A program made the translations under genes and the position numbers. A stretch of 64,000 bases of DNA, taken from the NCBI RefSeq assembly GCF_035084215.1, contig NC_090335.1, positions 47,678,001-47,742,000 of the forward strand, given 5' to 3'. The notes under the pieces were generated by a model. The model was not told the origin of the DNA. It ran no database searches and was given only the letters and a program-made list of their open reading frames with translations. The stretch's first letter is position 1; each line of letters starts with the position of its first letter. Origin of the DNA: Heptranchias perlo. Taxonomy: Eukaryota. Positions 62,335 through 64,000 of this stretch are shown piece after piece.

Positions 62335-63464
62335 TTAAAAATGAAAGTGTGTTCAATTGCTGTCACTGATTTTAGAGAGGATAGTATTACATAAGCTGAA
62401 GGAAGATAAGTGAGAAGGGAGACTTAAGGGAAGACAACATTCGCAATGGAACATCATACCACTTTGGACTCTCAGATCAAGTACTGGGCACAGCTACTCT
62501 TACATGAAATGTGTCCAATTATAGTAGAATTCACTGGGCTAAGGGAGTGACTATGACAGAGTACCTGAGCTCTACAGCCAATCTGCTTTGCTGCGATGCC
62601 AGCACCTGTTGGCGAATCCGTTAAACACAACATCATGTTTAATTAAGTAATGGGAACTCATTTTTAAAAATACTTCATGATGTTCCCTTCATACTTTGTA
62701 AAGTAAGCAATGTAAAAACAAATAGAAACCAGGGCAGGTCTCCAACCATATACTCAAAGAGCAGGGTTTATTTTGGGAGAGGGGGCTGCGAAAGAAATTT
62801 CATCTGATGAAGCCCAGCTCCCAATTCCAGCTCAGATGGACTTTCGGTTATTCAGCAGTGACCTAAACAGCACTAGCACCTAGTAGATGGACGTTTCTAT
62901 ATTTTAATCTGCTGTTTACCAGAAGATGAAAATAACCAACAAGAGAACAAAGCGCATTTAGTGACAGCAATAACCTCTTTCCACCCACCAAGAGACAAAT
63001 ACAGACCATTATGTCCTTTGTAAGTTTTTATTATAGTGTACTTTAACTGATGCTGAAAACAGAAACATTCCCCTTGTACTATTCAAGTTCTGACTGAAAC
63101 TGCACAGTTCTCTATTGCGGTGGAGTGAATGAACATAACCTACATTTGTCATTTTGAATACTTCAGCTTCACAGAAATGAGGTCACACATTTGCTTAGCC
63201 AGGCAGCAGTGGAAACCGAGTTGTCTGATTGTGCATTAGTGTTTGTGGTTTTTAATCATGACCATAGCGTTGTGAAAGGGTTTCAGGCAGCACGCACCAG
63301 GAAGCGTGATTAGCAATTTATTTACCATCTGAGTGGAATTAACTGAGCAAGATATAAAATGAGGAAGGTAAAACATAACTTAAACTTAAAATGACAAACC
63401 AAACACAGATTAGTTTCAAAAGCAAAGATTGCAGTCCAACAGGTCAATGTGCCAGTGACTCACT

Positions 63465-64000
63465 GAACTAAAAATTCGACTGCGCTGCGCGGGTTTTTTG
63501 GGCATTAAGCAAGCGCATAAGCCTTCAATATGGCGGCCATGAAGCGTGCACTCATTTCAAGCGGGAAGTGTGCCACCCACCCTATTGGATCGGGCTTCAT
63601 AGGCGTCCACAGCGCATGCCAGAACTAATTAAAACAATGGGCGCGATGTTACCAGGGCTGCGGGTTCGCAGCGGAGGGGCTATTGGGCGCATGGGTAACG
63701 CGCCCGGTGAAATTAGTCAGCCACCCGCGCGATCGCAGCCCAATTGGACCAACTTACCTGGTCTTCCGGGTTCCCCACTGCTGATCTGAGCGTCGGGCGG
63801 GCTGCGCATGCGCAGTAAGGTCTGTCAGCTGGAGGAGCTCTATTTAAAGGGGCAGTCCTCCACTGACTGATGCTGCAACAAATAGAAAAAATTACAGCAT
63901 GGAGCAGCCCAGGGGGAAGGCTGCTCCCACTTTAATGATGCCTCACTCCAGGTATCAATAGATGGGGTGAGGAGGAGGGGGAGGGCAGAGATCTTCCCCC
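63465..64000 (+). mobile_element. Start of another Harbinger-type element with a frameshifted Myb/SANT-like ORF (runs off the window)
   Basis: CpG-rich terminus, TATTTAAA at 63841, ATG at 63899 giving MEQPRGKAAP, then after a frameshift FNDASLQVSIDGVRRRGRAEIFP, resembling the first helix of Harbinger Myb/SANT-like proteins. Confidence 0.55.

Overview
Eukaryotic (vertebrate) genomic DNA, most likely a cartilaginous fish, judged from the CR1/L2 LINEs, DeuSINE-like SINEs, Penelope-type ends and Harbinger relics. The window holds one complete + strand gene of the EWI immunoglobulin subfamily (CD101/IGSF2-like, closely related to IGSF3). It has 8 coding exons from ATG 18110 to TAA 61533, all joined in phase 1 by GT-AG introns: 2667 nt, 888 aa, encoding a signal peptide, six V-type Ig domains, a TM helix and a short basic tail. 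The rest is mostly transposon debris (two CR1-group LINE families, a Tx1 fragment, an L2 fragment, a decayed two-gene Harbinger, SINEs) and seven GC-skewed minisatellite arrays, which produce most of the long ORFs in the track. The most notable observations are: (1) short Penelope-type elements carrying minimal hammerhead-ribozyme cores and 11-12 bp target-site duplications, including a perfect 90+90 bp palindrome ending about 90 nt upstream of the TM exon; (2) a recursive-splice-site configuration (CAG|GTAAGA) at the Ig3 exon; (3) an inverted duplication inside the Harbinger transposase; (4) a minisatellite hosted by a Harbinger-derived element and split by a young LINE. Family assignments rest on motif recognition from memory; no database searches were run.
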